Part shown: in pieces, positions 31,089 through 39,898 of the stretch
Numbering within the stretch: position 1 is the first letter of the stretch
Layout of the letters: each line of letters opens with the position of its first letter
From: Deferribacterales bacterium
Lineage (GTDB): Bacteria; Chrysiogenota; Deferribacteres; Deferribacterales; Geovibrionaceae
Direction: 5' to 3'
NCBI GenBank assembly: GCA_050251945.1
Contig: JBFWLW010000002.1
Span: forward strand, 313,655-377,654
Length of the DNA stretch: 64,000 bases
Translations under genes and position numbers: made by a program
The notes under the pieces: generated by a model
What the model was told of the DNA's origin: nothing
The model's input: the letters and a program-made list of their open reading frames with translations, nothing else
Databases searched by the model: none

Positions 31089-32366
31089 CTATTTTTCTGC
31101 GTTTTCCACCGTGTCGGTCACCTGTCTCCATTTCTTCATTGCGGCTTTCTTATATTCTATATTTTTGGTCGTGATTCTTTTGTATTCAGAGTCGTTTACA
31201 AAACGACCGTTCACTACTTTGAATCCTTTGAAGTTATAAAAACTCTCAAAAGGCAGCCCGTCTTTATCTGTCAGATAAAGCCTGTCCTCTCTCTTCTCAC
31301 GCATCAGTCTTCTCGCGTCGGCATGACAGCTTTCACACATAACCGTTTCACGGCGCACAGTGTGCGGGAATACCGCTCTGAAATCGGCGGACAGCATGTT
31401 ATTCTCTCTGCCCACGACCTTGTCATCTTTGATATTGGTCAGAAACGCAATATACTGAGGGCGAAGGGGCGAATACTTCTTCCGTCCGTTTACGCCTATG
31501 GGAAAATCCGCATACTGTTTCGTATGGCTGCTCTTCGCATAATCTATGTGCGGGCGCTTAACCCATCTGAAATATTCTGAAAATTTCGTATTCTGCAAAT
31601 ATATCCAGAAAGTGCCGTATTCCTGATTTGCCCATGCGGAATGGCATGTGTAGCACTCCATACGGCTGTGTCCGGCTATCGAATGTTCCACCGAGGAACT
31701 CTTCTTCATATCGTGGCAGTCAGTGCATGTCTTAGAAAATTTCCTGCCCTCGGCAAGGCTCTTCATGGAGTGACATTCGCCGCACTGCATCCCCTTTTCG
31801 TGGTGTACGTCCGGAAGCATGGAGGCATATTTCCCGCCCTTATATTCTTTTCCTCTGGAATATCTTTCATGGTCTTCGCGCTGTCCCAGCCCGCTGTATT
31901 CGATGCCAGTGTAATAGTCCCTGTGGCACTCCTGACAGTTGGCGGTTGTCGGTTTTTTAATGGCATGGGGATTCCCGCCGTCATGGCAGTTCATACAGCT
32001 TAACACATGGCAGTTCTGACAGTTTTTGTTCCAGAACTGTCCGTCAACACGCCCGTATGTCTTATCGACAAACACCTTTTCAGAACTTCTGTGAACCATC
32101 GGACTTTCAATAATTCCCGCGTATTCAGCGTGGCAGTTCAGACATCCTTTCGCCGATACAGAGAAATCAGCCGCTTTATCGTAGTGCTCCTTATTGGGCG
32201 CGTGGCACGTTTCGCATTTCTGTTTTGCGTGTACTCCCGTCACCCTTTCCTTGTGGCAGGCGGCGCAGTTTTTGTCGCTTTTCTCCAGAGCAAAGCCGCT
32301 TTCAGCGGAGCAGAGGCTTATGCACAGGGTCAGAAAGAACGCTGTCGTATGAAAACTTCTTGCCAT
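31089..32366 (-). CDS. Decaheme cytochrome c (Geobacter GSU2934/ExtN-like)
   Basis: 10 CxxCH: CAACH, CETCH, CLNCH, CQNCH, CMNCH, CQECH, CGECH, CTDCH, CYTCH, CESCH; follows the extM-like gene. Confidence 0.85.
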   Translation of the reverse strand: MARSFHTTAFFLTLCISLCSAESGFALEKSDKNCAACHKERVTGVHAKQKCETCHAPNKEHYDKAADFSVSAKGCLNCHAEYAGIIESPMVHRSSEKVFVDKTYGRVDGQFWNKNCQNCHVLSCMNCHDGGNPHAIKKPTTANCQECHRDYYTGIEYSGLGQREDHERYSRGKEYKGGKYASMLPDVHHEKGMQCGECHSMKSLAEGRKFSKTCTDCHDMKKSSSVEHSIAGHSRMECYTCHSAWANQEYGTFWIYLQNTKFSEYFRWVKRPHIDYAKSSHTKQYADFPIGVNGRKKYSPLRPQYIAFLTNIKDDKVVGRENNMLSADFRAVFPHTVRRETVMCESCHADARRLMREKREDRLYLTDKDGLPFESFYNFKGFKVVNGRFVNDSEYKRITTKNIEYKKAAMKKWRQVTDTVENAEK

Positions 32367-34161
32367 ATATCCTGCCTTCTCCTTTTTCGTGGCAAACAAT
32401 GCACTGGTTCGCCCTTAACATGGAAGCCAGCTCATTGTTGTTCAGAATCCTCGAATGGTCGCGGACGACATCAGACGTCACATCCTGCTTTCCGTTCTTT
32501 ATGCTGTACAGCGAATCAAGCGGTTTTTCGCACTTGTCGCAAAGATATGCGCTGTTTATGTTTCTCTTGGTTACAGATACCAAGCCCTGACCGTAGCCCG
32601 CAAAAGCAAGCTTCGTATGGCACGTTTCACAGCTCACCGCCTTTTTGCCCGTGTTGTGACTGTAAAACGGTGCAAATTTGAAGTTCTTCACCCCTCTGTA
32701 GTTGAAAACGTGGTCGTCCAGAACCTTTTCACCCTTTTCGTCCAGCACGGTCAGAAACGTCTGACAGCCGGGGGTTACGGGAGATATCTTCCCGCGCTGG
32801 TTCACGCCCAGAGGGAACGGAAAAAGTGTCCTGAAATCCTCGGTTTCACTGAACGCCCCGTATGTGTCCTGCCCTTTGATCAGGTCGGTCATCTTTTCAC
32901 TTTTGTCGTATGTGGTGTGACAGCCGTAGCATTGAACGACGGTATTGGAATGACATGTGTAACATTCCATCCGGTCGTGACCGTATACGCAGTGGTTATT
33001 GGTATTCATAACCGTCTTTATCTCAATGCGCTTACCTTCGCGCTTTGTATACAGGTAATATTTGCCCTTTTCTTTGCGTACGTTGGAATACATACGCCCT
33101 TTGGACGTAAGCACCATTTCGTCGCCGTAGTTCACCCTGAAAGCATAGTTCTGCGATTCCCTCACGGGTCTGCTGTTCTCTCTGGTCACCTTCTGCGTTT
33201 TCGGGAGGGCGTTCTCTGTTCCGTGGCAGTCCTCGCAGGCGGTCTCAATCTGCATGTACATGTTCTCGTACATATATCCGTCGCCCATCATATCAGCCGA
33301 GGTGTGACAGTCGATACACTCCATCCCGAAATCAAAATGGATATCCGCCTGCATATGGCGCACGTTGCGCACACCGTCTATAAGATCTGGTCCCGGATAC
33401 CCCCCGCTTGTGGGTACCAGCGAGTTGTTGCCGTCGTAAAAGCCTTCGTATGAAAGAGCTATCCGTCCGCTTCTGTTGTGGCACGTCAGACATACGTCAT
33501 TTGAAGGAAGAGCGGAAATCTCATGTTTTTCGGGATAAGGACCTTTGCCGTGGATGGTCTTGTCGCCGCCCTTGTAAGTTCCCTCGACCGAATGGTTAAA
33601 GTGACATGCGGAACAGCCGGAGGAGTGATGAGCGCGGTAGCCCTCCAGCTTGTCATAACCGACGTGGCATGCGGAACAGAATTTTCTGTAAAGCTCGCCG
33701 GAAAGCTCTTCAAGTTCCGCAACCGAAGCTCTCTTCTGCGGATTGCCCTCCGCGTCGAAACCGTCGGCTCCGTGAGTGCTGTAAAGTTTGCCCTCATAGT
33801 CGTCCCACGCCTGCTGAGAATTCTTTATCATCCCAGTCGCGGTGTACATAAGCGTTTTTGAAACCCGCTCAAGCTGATACTGGTGGCATTGTCCGCAGGT
33901 CTTGTCCCATACGGACGGATCACTGGGGTTTCGTCCGCCCAGCATATCCGCATGGGCAGCCTTTTTTTCCGACGCTTTCGGGTCGCCGCCGTGGCACTTT
34001 TCGCAGGGTATTTCATGATTTTTTGAAGGATACTCTATTCCGGCGTGGCAATCCGCCGACATACAGCCGACAACCGCTTCGCCCGTGTGATAGAACCCGA
34101 AATACACGAACGCAGCGGCGCATACCGTTAAAGTGATTCCCGCAATTATGTATTTCAGCAT
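32302..34161 (-). CDS. extM: Multiheme cytochrome c, ExtM-like (11 CxxCH plus one CX4CH)
   Basis: N-terminal TM; heme motifs counted in translation; CHNRSGRI, PFYSHN; synteny with extHIJ. Confidence 0.82.
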   Translation of the reverse strand: MLKYIIAGITLTVCAAAFVYFGFYHTGEAVVGCMSADCHAGIEYPSKNHEIPCEKCHGGDPKASEKKAAHADMLGGRNPSDPSVWDKTCGQCHQYQLERVSKTLMYTATGMIKNSQQAWDDYEGKLYSTHGADGFDAEGNPQKRASVAELEELSGELYRKFCSACHVGYDKLEGYRAHHSSGCSACHFNHSVEGTYKGGDKTIHGKGPYPEKHEISALPSNDVCLTCHNRSGRIALSYEGFYDGNNSLVPTSGGYPGPDLIDGVRNVRHMQADIHFDFGMECIDCHTSADMMGDGYMYENMYMQIETACEDCHGTENALPKTQKVTRENSRPVRESQNYAFRVNYGDEMVLTSKGRMYSNVRKEKGKYYLYTKREGKRIEIKTVMNTNNHCVYGHDRMECYTCHSNTVVQCYGCHTTYDKSEKMTDLIKGQDTYGAFSETEDFRTLFPFPLGVNQRGKISPVTPGCQTFLTVLDEKGEKVLDDHVFNYRGVKNFKFAPFYSHNTGKKAVSCETCHTKLAFAGYGQGLVSVTKRNINSAYLCDKCEKPLDSLYSIKNGKQDVTSDVVRDHSRILNNNELASMLRANQCIVCHEKGEGRIYGKKFSYDSVLSDPVHKPLLR

Positions 34162-34220
34162 CTGCCCACCAAAGTTTTTTTCTGATTATATGAGATATTG
34201 AATAGAAAATAAAGCCCCGC

Positions 34221-34356
34221 TCAGGCTGATGACAAAAACAGATAAACACGAGATTGCTTCGCTATGCTCGCAAAGACGGAAGTTCCTGTCATTGCGAGGA
34301 AGCCGCAGGCTGACGCGGCAATCTCATTGGTTTAAAAGTGATTGTCAACAACATGA
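34221..34356. mobile_element. MITE-like element carrying REP copy 6 (34250-34325)
   Basis: Ends TCAGGCTGATGACAAA / TTGTCAACAACATGA next to a GCGGGGC..GCCCCGC hairpin. Confidence 0.6.
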
Positions 34357-34386
34357 GCGGGGCATAAAGCCCCGCCGAAATATTGA

Positions 34387-34602
34387 TTAACAGCCCTGAA
34401 GTTTGAAGCCGGGTTTAGCGCCCACAGCTTCCACCTTCACCGCGTCGCCTGCCTTAACATCAATTGCGCTGTCCAGCTTAATTGTGATGTTAGTTCCGTC
34501 AACACTTGTAACTTTACCTTTTGAGGATTTTGCAGCAGCGATCGCTATTCCTGCTGTAACAACCATCACAGCAAGCACGATAATTCCAAGTTTCTTTTTC
34601 AT
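34387..34602 (-). CDS. extJ: Small periplasmic protein, ExtJ-like, C-terminal LQGC
   Basis: Signal peptide, GKVTSVDG beta motif, ends FKLQGC; follows the porin. Confidence 0.8.
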   Translation of the reverse strand: MKKKLGIIVLAVMVVTAGIAIAAAKSSKGKVTSVDGTNITIKLDSAIDVKAGDAVKVEAVGAKPGFKLQGC

Positions 34603-34630
34603 TTCATCATCTCCTTTCGCTTGTTTTCAA

Positions 34631-35833
34631 TTAAAATCTGACCTGCATATACAGTTCAAATGTGTCAAAGTCCTGATAGTTGGTGTTAGAACCAACTTCT
34701 TTATCAAAGTCCGTCTGTGAATACTGTGCAGTTATTTTGATTTTGTCTTCGTCTATATAGTAGTTCACACCGGCAGCGGCAAATTTGACCTCATTGTCAT
34801 AGTAGCCGTTGAGGTTTGCGAATGTGAAATCATCATAACGTCCGAAGAACTGCACTTGACCGGGGCCTACGTTAAAGGGAAGCATATAGCCCGCTTTAAC
34901 ATAGTAGCCGTCGCGTTCGCCGTAGAGACCATATGAATTGGCATCGGGGTCTGCACCTTTGTAAGCGTCGTCAAAGCTGATGTTCAGATATGCGCCGGAC
35001 AGTGTGAAAGTACCTGCCGCAGTGGGAACCTCGCCGAAGATGTCATATGAGTAAGCGGCATAGTCTTTCTTGTCGGCATAGTTGTCAACGTCGGCATATA
35101 CTGCATCAGGCTCATACTGATAGGATGCGCCTGCTGTCAGCACTGTTTTCTTGCCGAAATATGTACCTTTGTAGCCATAGCCTGATTCCTTGTCGAAAAG
35201 AGACACATGGACACGACCGGTATAGCGGAGATTTGAGCCGGGATCGGGTGAACCGTCGTCAGAATCGCCTGTGCGTCCTTCCTGAATCTCGCCTCTGACC
35301 TGTACCATATTGTCAAGGAACTCTGCGCGCGCTCCGATACCTTTGTCGCGGCTTGTTTTAAAGGGCGCATATACAAAGTATGAACGGTCGAGCGTCAGCG
35401 GGTTGAAACAGCCCTCAAGGTTTTCCCTTGTGAGGGAGTGCTTGAACTTACCGAGAATTACGTCGAAATTCTCGAAAGGGGTATATCTGATCTGTGCGTC
35501 AAGAAGATAGAAATCTTTGCCGTCGTCGTCAGATATGTCCACATACAGCGGGTTTATGTTCTTGTCTTCAATGTACTCTGTCTGAACATAAAAGCTGAGC
35601 TGTTCGTTGTATGTTCCGATGAAACCAATTCTGTTTCTTCTGAAGTTGAACTCGTTGGTGCCATCTTCCGCATTTTCTCCGCTTCCCGTGTTCCTGCCTG
35701 AATAGCCGAACTGAGCGTCATAAAAGAATTGCAGATATTTTCCATCGCCAAGCTCAATGGGCTTGAAGGCAAACGCGCTTCCCGCACACATGAGCATCAG
35801 CATCAGAACGGTTAATATTTTTGTCTTAAACAT
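34631..35833 (-). CDS. extI: Outer-membrane porin, ExtI-like (phosphate-selective porin-type fold)
   Basis: Signal peptide; FRRNRIGF, TRENLEGCFNPLTLDRS, terminal Phe; between rhodanese and extJ. Confidence 0.85.
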   Translation of the reverse strand: MFKTKILTVLMLMLMCAGSAFAFKPIELGDGKYLQFFYDAQFGYSGRNTGSGENAEDGTNEFNFRRNRIGFIGTYNEQLSFYVQTEYIEDKNINPLYVDISDDDGKDFYLLDAQIRYTPFENFDVILGKFKHSLTRENLEGCFNPLTLDRSYFVYAPFKTSRDKGIGARAEFLDNMVQVRGEIQEGRTGDSDDGSPDPGSNLRYTGRVHVSLFDKESGYGYKGTYFGKKTVLTAGASYQYEPDAVYADVDNYADKKDYAAYSYDIFGEVPTAAGTFTLSGAYLNISFDDAYKGADPDANSYGLYGERDGYYVKAGYMLPFNVGPGQVQFFGRYDDFTFANLNGYYDNEVKFAAAGVNYYIDEDKIKITAQYSQTDFDKEVGSNTNYQDFDTFELYMQVRF

Positions 35834-35855
35834 AATTTTTACTCTCCGGTTTTAA

Positions 35856-37382
35856 TCAGCATCCGCTGGGACCGCTGGGAGTTGTTCCAGAATCATCTGA
35901 GCCGCTGTCGTCGTCAGTGTCGGTGTCGTCACCTGTATCATCGTCGGAAGCGACATATGCTTTGTCAGTCTCTTCAATTTCGTTGCCTGTCCCTGTGTAA
36001 GCAGGATTCACATTAAACATGATAACGCCTAGAGCGTCTTTCCATGATGTTGTTGCAGACAGTGTTGCTGTCTGCGGCGCAACGGTGATAAGACCGCTTG
36101 CAACTGTAGGAGCAGCTGTTGAAAGTTTGAATGTGTCATATGCAAGGATGCCGGTATTTGTTGTGCTTGACTGAAGAGGTCCGCCAAGAGCAACTATAAC
36201 GCCTGTTGTGTCGCTTGTTGCAGTGTTAGCAGCTCCAACGGCAGGGACACTTGCAGAATTGGTGTAATACATGAATGAGGAAGTTCCCCAATACACTTCT
36301 TCAGAAGCGTAAGAAGCGCCTCTTTCATAACCAGCATGGCTTGACCAAGCAGACCATGAACCGTCATAAAGAGCTACGTTGTCATATCCGAGGACTTCTT
36401 TTATGTAATAGTAAACGGGTGTTGCGGAATAACCGGACACACAGTGAACAACTATTGTATCGGTCGATTTAACACCGGCAGCTGTGAGAAGCGCTTCGCC
36501 TGATGTTTTATCAAGAAACTTGCCGCTGACAATAACAGAGGCAGCGTTAATGCCTGTTACAGCGCCCTTGATACGTCCGCTGAAAGCAACTGAACCCTGT
36601 GTTCCTGCACCTCTGACATCGATAACTTTTACAGAACCTGCTCTTACAAGATCTATAACGTTTTTAGTTGTTACACGGGCTGCATCATGCAGACCGGGAA
36701 GATTTTTTACTGAAAAAGTGTTGTCCGCAGGATCAACTGATGCAGAAGAAGTATCCACAAGAGATGCATCGACAGCTTTAACAGCAGCCACACCGCCGTC
36801 CAGAACTTTTATCTTGGATTCGGAGAATCCCCAATAGTAAAACAGCCACCATGCTCTTGTCAGATCATAGTTGCTTGACGAAAGAGCAGAGTTTGTAAAT
36901 ACGATGACAGTGTCTTTTGTAACGCCCATATCCTGAATCATCTTGTCCATAGTGGCGCCTGTAGTTGCCATTCTGGCAGAGGTTGCTCTTGCGTCTATAG
37001 AGTCGATGGGACCTTCCGCTCTGTACTCATCAAGAGCGAAACCAGTGATATCGGATTTGCTGAGAGAACCGATAATCCTGTCAGCTGTGGTTGAAAAATC
37101 TGTTTGTACATCAACGATAAGTACGGGATAACCCGCTCCTGTTTTCGCAGAAGAGGTTGTTTTGAACCCGTTATTAATCCAAGCTGCCACATCGTCGGCG
37201 GAGACAGCAGTTTCATCGGATACATCATAACCTGTCCACCATGCGTTGGGGTCTTCCGCTGCAGGTGTTGTGGGAGCCTCATACGACCCGCCGCCTCCAC
37301 ATGCTGAAAGCAGTGCCAAGGCAGAAACGAATGCAGCCGCCATGACAAACTGACGACCTTTTCTCAATAAAGAGTCTTTCAT
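35856..37382 (-). CDS. extH: Multi-domain rhodanese/sulfurtransferase lipoprotein, ExtH-like
   Basis: Lipobox LSAC-GGGG; RAWWLFYYWGF, VLDGG, catalytic HCVSGYSA, LYDGSWSAW; acidic tail ending PSGC. Confidence 0.85.
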   Translation of the reverse strand: MKDSLLRKGRQFVMAAAFVSALALLSACGGGGSYEAPTTPAAEDPNAWWTGYDVSDETAVSADDVAAWINNGFKTTSSAKTGAGYPVLIVDVQTDFSTTADRIIGSLSKSDITGFALDEYRAEGPIDSIDARATSARMATTGATMDKMIQDMGVTKDTVIVFTNSALSSSNYDLTRAWWLFYYWGFSESKIKVLDGGVAAVKAVDASLVDTSSASVDPADNTFSVKNLPGLHDAARVTTKNVIDLVRAGSVKVIDVRGAGTQGSVAFSGRIKGAVTGINAASVIVSGKFLDKTSGEALLTAAGVKSTDTIVVHCVSGYSATPVYYYIKEVLGYDNVALYDGSWSAWSSHAGYERGASYASEEVYWGTSSFMYYTNSASVPAVGAANTATSDTTGVIVALGGPLQSSTTNTGILAYDTFKLSTAAPTVASGLITVAPQTATLSATTSWKDALGVIMFNVNPAYTGTGNEIEETDKAYVASDDDTGDDTDTDDDSGSDDSGTTPSGPSGC

Positions 37383-37951
37383 AAAATCCTCCAAAATTCG
37401 GGCAAAAGCCCATACGTCATACTGTTTTGTGTAAGTTCAGCCGGATATCAAATGTCCGAATCACGCTTTTCGTTACGAATCACTCCGGGCAAAGGCTCAC
37501 GCAACTGACCCCGCCCTGATTTATATACTTGTTCAAATTCAATCATATGAAAGCCATAGCGTCAACAAAACATAGCATATGCCCAATACTGTTAACACCA
37601 ATCTTTCCATAGATTTAGATATCCGTATGTTGATATGTTTGCCCGTAAAGAAGAGGCATATGCCAATAAAGACGAATTACGTCTTTTAAAAAAGTATGAA
37701 AGTTTTTTTGATTTTCAGACCGAATGAATATTTCAAATAAGAAATATTTTCATTCAACAAAATAATTTTATATATCTTTCTGAATAAAGAAATAAATTAA
37801 TTTACGCATTTTTAGTAGGATTTTACCTAAATTTAACTTGATAAAAAACGTAACGTTAAGCAGTGAACAGATATGATTCATCAGAAAGACTTAAAACTTG
37901 TTTTCCCACAGCAAAATGCTAGAATAAAAAGAAAAATCACCGAGGTGCTTT

Positions 37952-38365
37952 ATGGATTGCATTTTCTGCAAAATAATAAGCGGAGAGATTCCCTGCAGCA
38001 AAGTTTATGAGGACGACCTCTTTATTGCTTTTCTCGACATCAAACCCATCAGAAAAGGGCACACGCTCATTGTGCCGAAAAAGCATTTCGAGAACATATT
38101 CGACACACCGGAAGCGGAGGCACAGGCTATTTATCAGGTAACAGGCAGAGTTGCCGCCGCCGTTAAAGAGGCTACTGGAGCGTCGGGTATCAACGTTATA
38201 CAGAATAACGGCGAGGATTCCGGACAGGAAGTTTTCCACTCACACCTGCATATCATTCCCAGAAAAAAAGACGACGGTCTGAAATTTGAACGCCAGCATG
38301 AGGAATATAACGGATTTGAAGAGATGGGCAAACTCGCCCACCGCATAATGAATCTTACAGTCTGA
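37952..38365 (+). CDS. HIT family nucleotide hydrolase
   Basis: MDCIFCKI, GHTLIVPK, HSHLHIIPR. Confidence 0.95.
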   Translation: MDCIFCKIISGEIPCSKVYEDDLFIAFLDIKPIRKGHTLIVPKKHFENIFDTPEAEAQAIYQVTGRVAAAVKEATGASGINVIQNNGEDSGQEVFHSHLHIIPRKKDDGLKFERQHEEYNGFEEMGKLAHRIMNLTV

Positions 38366-38371
38366 TAAACC

Positions 38372-38467
38372 GGAGGTGTATGGGGTGCTGGTGTCCCCCG
38401 CGGTCTTCAAAACCGATTGTGACGCGCTTGCGCGTCAGGCAGGTTCGATTCCTGTCCACCTCCGCCA
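38372..38467 (+). tRNA. selC: tRNA-Sec (anticodon UCA)
   Basis: GGAGGTG../CACCTCC-G-CCA acceptor end; anticodon loop CTTCAAA (TCA 38407-38409); long variable arm TGACGCGC-TT-GCGCGTCA; GGTTCGATTCC T arm; 96 nt. Confidence 0.95.
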
Positions 38468-38642
38468 AAAAAGTATGTAACCGTTGTGCAGATATCAAAT
38501 TTTGATCTGTTGTTCATCAGCATTTTTCAGACTTTCTGACTGATCCCCCCCCTCTGCCTGTAGACTTAACAAGGTTCATAAATCAACCTCACAGCGTTTA
38601 CCGGCTCAATAACGACCCGCATAAATGATTATCAAAAAAATA

Positions 38643-38666
38643 GGGGTCCGGAAATCTCCGGACCCC
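38643..38666. terminator. Intrinsic terminator hairpin after the TorD-family gene
   Basis: GGGGTCCGGA-aatc-TCCGGACCCC with T-rich run on the minus strand. Confidence 0.75.
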
Positions 38667-38673
38667 GGCAGTT

Positions 38674-39273
38674 TCAGTTATTGAGAAGTGCTTCCACCCC
38701 TCCGGCTGCCATTAAGGCTAATCCCCTGTAGTAACCTGTAGCAGCGTGCTTAACGACATCTTTGCTCCACAAGTGTATCCATGGATTCACATGCTTACGG
38801 GCAAAATCAGTTGCCGATTCCACATCATTTTTACTTAAAAGGTATGAGATAAACTCAAGCTCAATACCGATGTGATCATCCGGTTCCGTGTTCTTTTTGA
38901 TAACTTCAAGTCCGTGACTGCGATAGATGTCTCTTATTTCAAGCGTTTTCTCCTGAAAAGTCATTCTCTTCCTCGTCAGATAACACGAGCTCCACGGGGC
39001 GGCGAATATCTTGTTAGTGCCGACAAGCAGGCTCATATAGTCGCTTCTGGCGTCCAGAGTCAATTCAGTCAAGCTTGCGGTTTCAAGCCATTCAAGCATA
39101 TCTGACTGACCGCCGGAAACAGAGGTGTTCTCTGTTCCGAAGGGAACTTCGCTAAAAATATCCTCGCTTTTCACCAGTTTAACAATGTCCAGACTCGGTT
39201 CGTTCTGAAGCAGCATCCCAATGACGTTGAAAAAGAAACCTGCATCAACCGGAACAAAGTTAATAGTTTTCAT
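38674..39273 (-). CDS. TorD/DmsD-family molybdoenzyme chaperone
   Basis: APWSSCY, EPDDHIGIELEF, HVNPW. Confidence 0.92.
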   Translation of the reverse strand: MKTINFVPVDAGFFFNVIGMLLQNEPSLDIVKLVKSEDIFSEVPFGTENTSVSGGQSDMLEWLETASLTELTLDARSDYMSLLVGTNKIFAAPWSSCYLTRKRMTFQEKTLEIRDIYRSHGLEVIKKNTEPDDHIGIELEFISYLLSKNDVESATDFARKHVNPWIHLWSKDVVKHAATGYYRGLALMAAGGVEALLNN

Positions 39274-39889
39274 AAGCTTGAACCTCGTCCGGCAGGCTTA
39301 CTTCTGTCATACCGCCTTTACCGCTGTAGTTCCTGTGCGGAGTTATAACCACGGACGGCTGGGTCACGGGTTTGGGCAAAGGCTGTATCATATTGGTGTT
39401 TCCATATTTTTTCACCAATTCGCTGTATTCGCCGAAATCGAGCGCTCTTTCCATACATGCGGCAACACATGCCGGAAGTTCTTCTGTGCCGATGGTTTCA
39501 CGACAGAAATCGCATTTGCTGACGGTCTGTGTCTCCCTGTTGAAAGAAGGCGCATGATATGGACATGCGTTGCAGCAGCTTTCGCAGCCGATGCATAGTG
39601 TTTCATCGTGGAACACTATGCCGTCTTTTCTCTTTTTAATGGCGTTAGCGGGGCAGACTTCGATACAAACCGGTTTTCTGCAATGCATACAGGAGACTGA
39701 TATATTATAACCGCCGGCGTTTTTATGTTCATAAACTCCGTTTTTCAGAGTCCATTCACCGGTTGCGCAGGTATAAACCTTTCTGAATTTTCTGCCAGCG
39801 GCAAGATTTTTCTTGTCTTTGCAGGCAGCAACGCAGACCTTGCAGCCGGAACATTTATCAACGTTGATATAAAATGCATACTGTTTCAT
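39260..39889 (-). CDS. dmsB: DMSO reductase family iron-sulfur subunit
   Basis: CSGCKVCVAACKDK, SCMHC..PVCIEVCP, CIGCESCCNACPY, KCDFC. Confidence 0.9.
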   Translation of the reverse strand: MKQYAFYINVDKCSGCKVCVAACKDKKNLAAGRKFRKVYTCATGEWTLKNGVYEHKNAGGYNISVSCMHCRKPVCIEVCPANAIKKRKDGIVFHDETLCIGCESCCNACPYHAPSFNRETQTVSKCDFCRETIGTEELPACVAACMERALDFGEYSELVKKYGNTNMIQPLPKPVTQPSVVITPHRNYSGKGGMTEVSLPDEVQAYENY

Positions 39890-39898
39890 TGTTCTCTC

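Noticed and set aside
35826..35858. Rhodanese ends ...SGC-TGA, suggesting a Gly-Cys-Sec tail
   Set aside because: The sequence after TGA is A-rich with no SECIS-like hairpin and contains the porin RBS; ExtJ ends GC-TAA, which supports GC as a true C-terminus.
37395..37700. Cyclic dinucleotide riboswitch or sigma54 promoter in the extH leader
   Set aside because: GGCAAA-like words are on the wrong strand and lack the full structure; GCATATGCC occurs twice but there is no convincing -24/-12 match.
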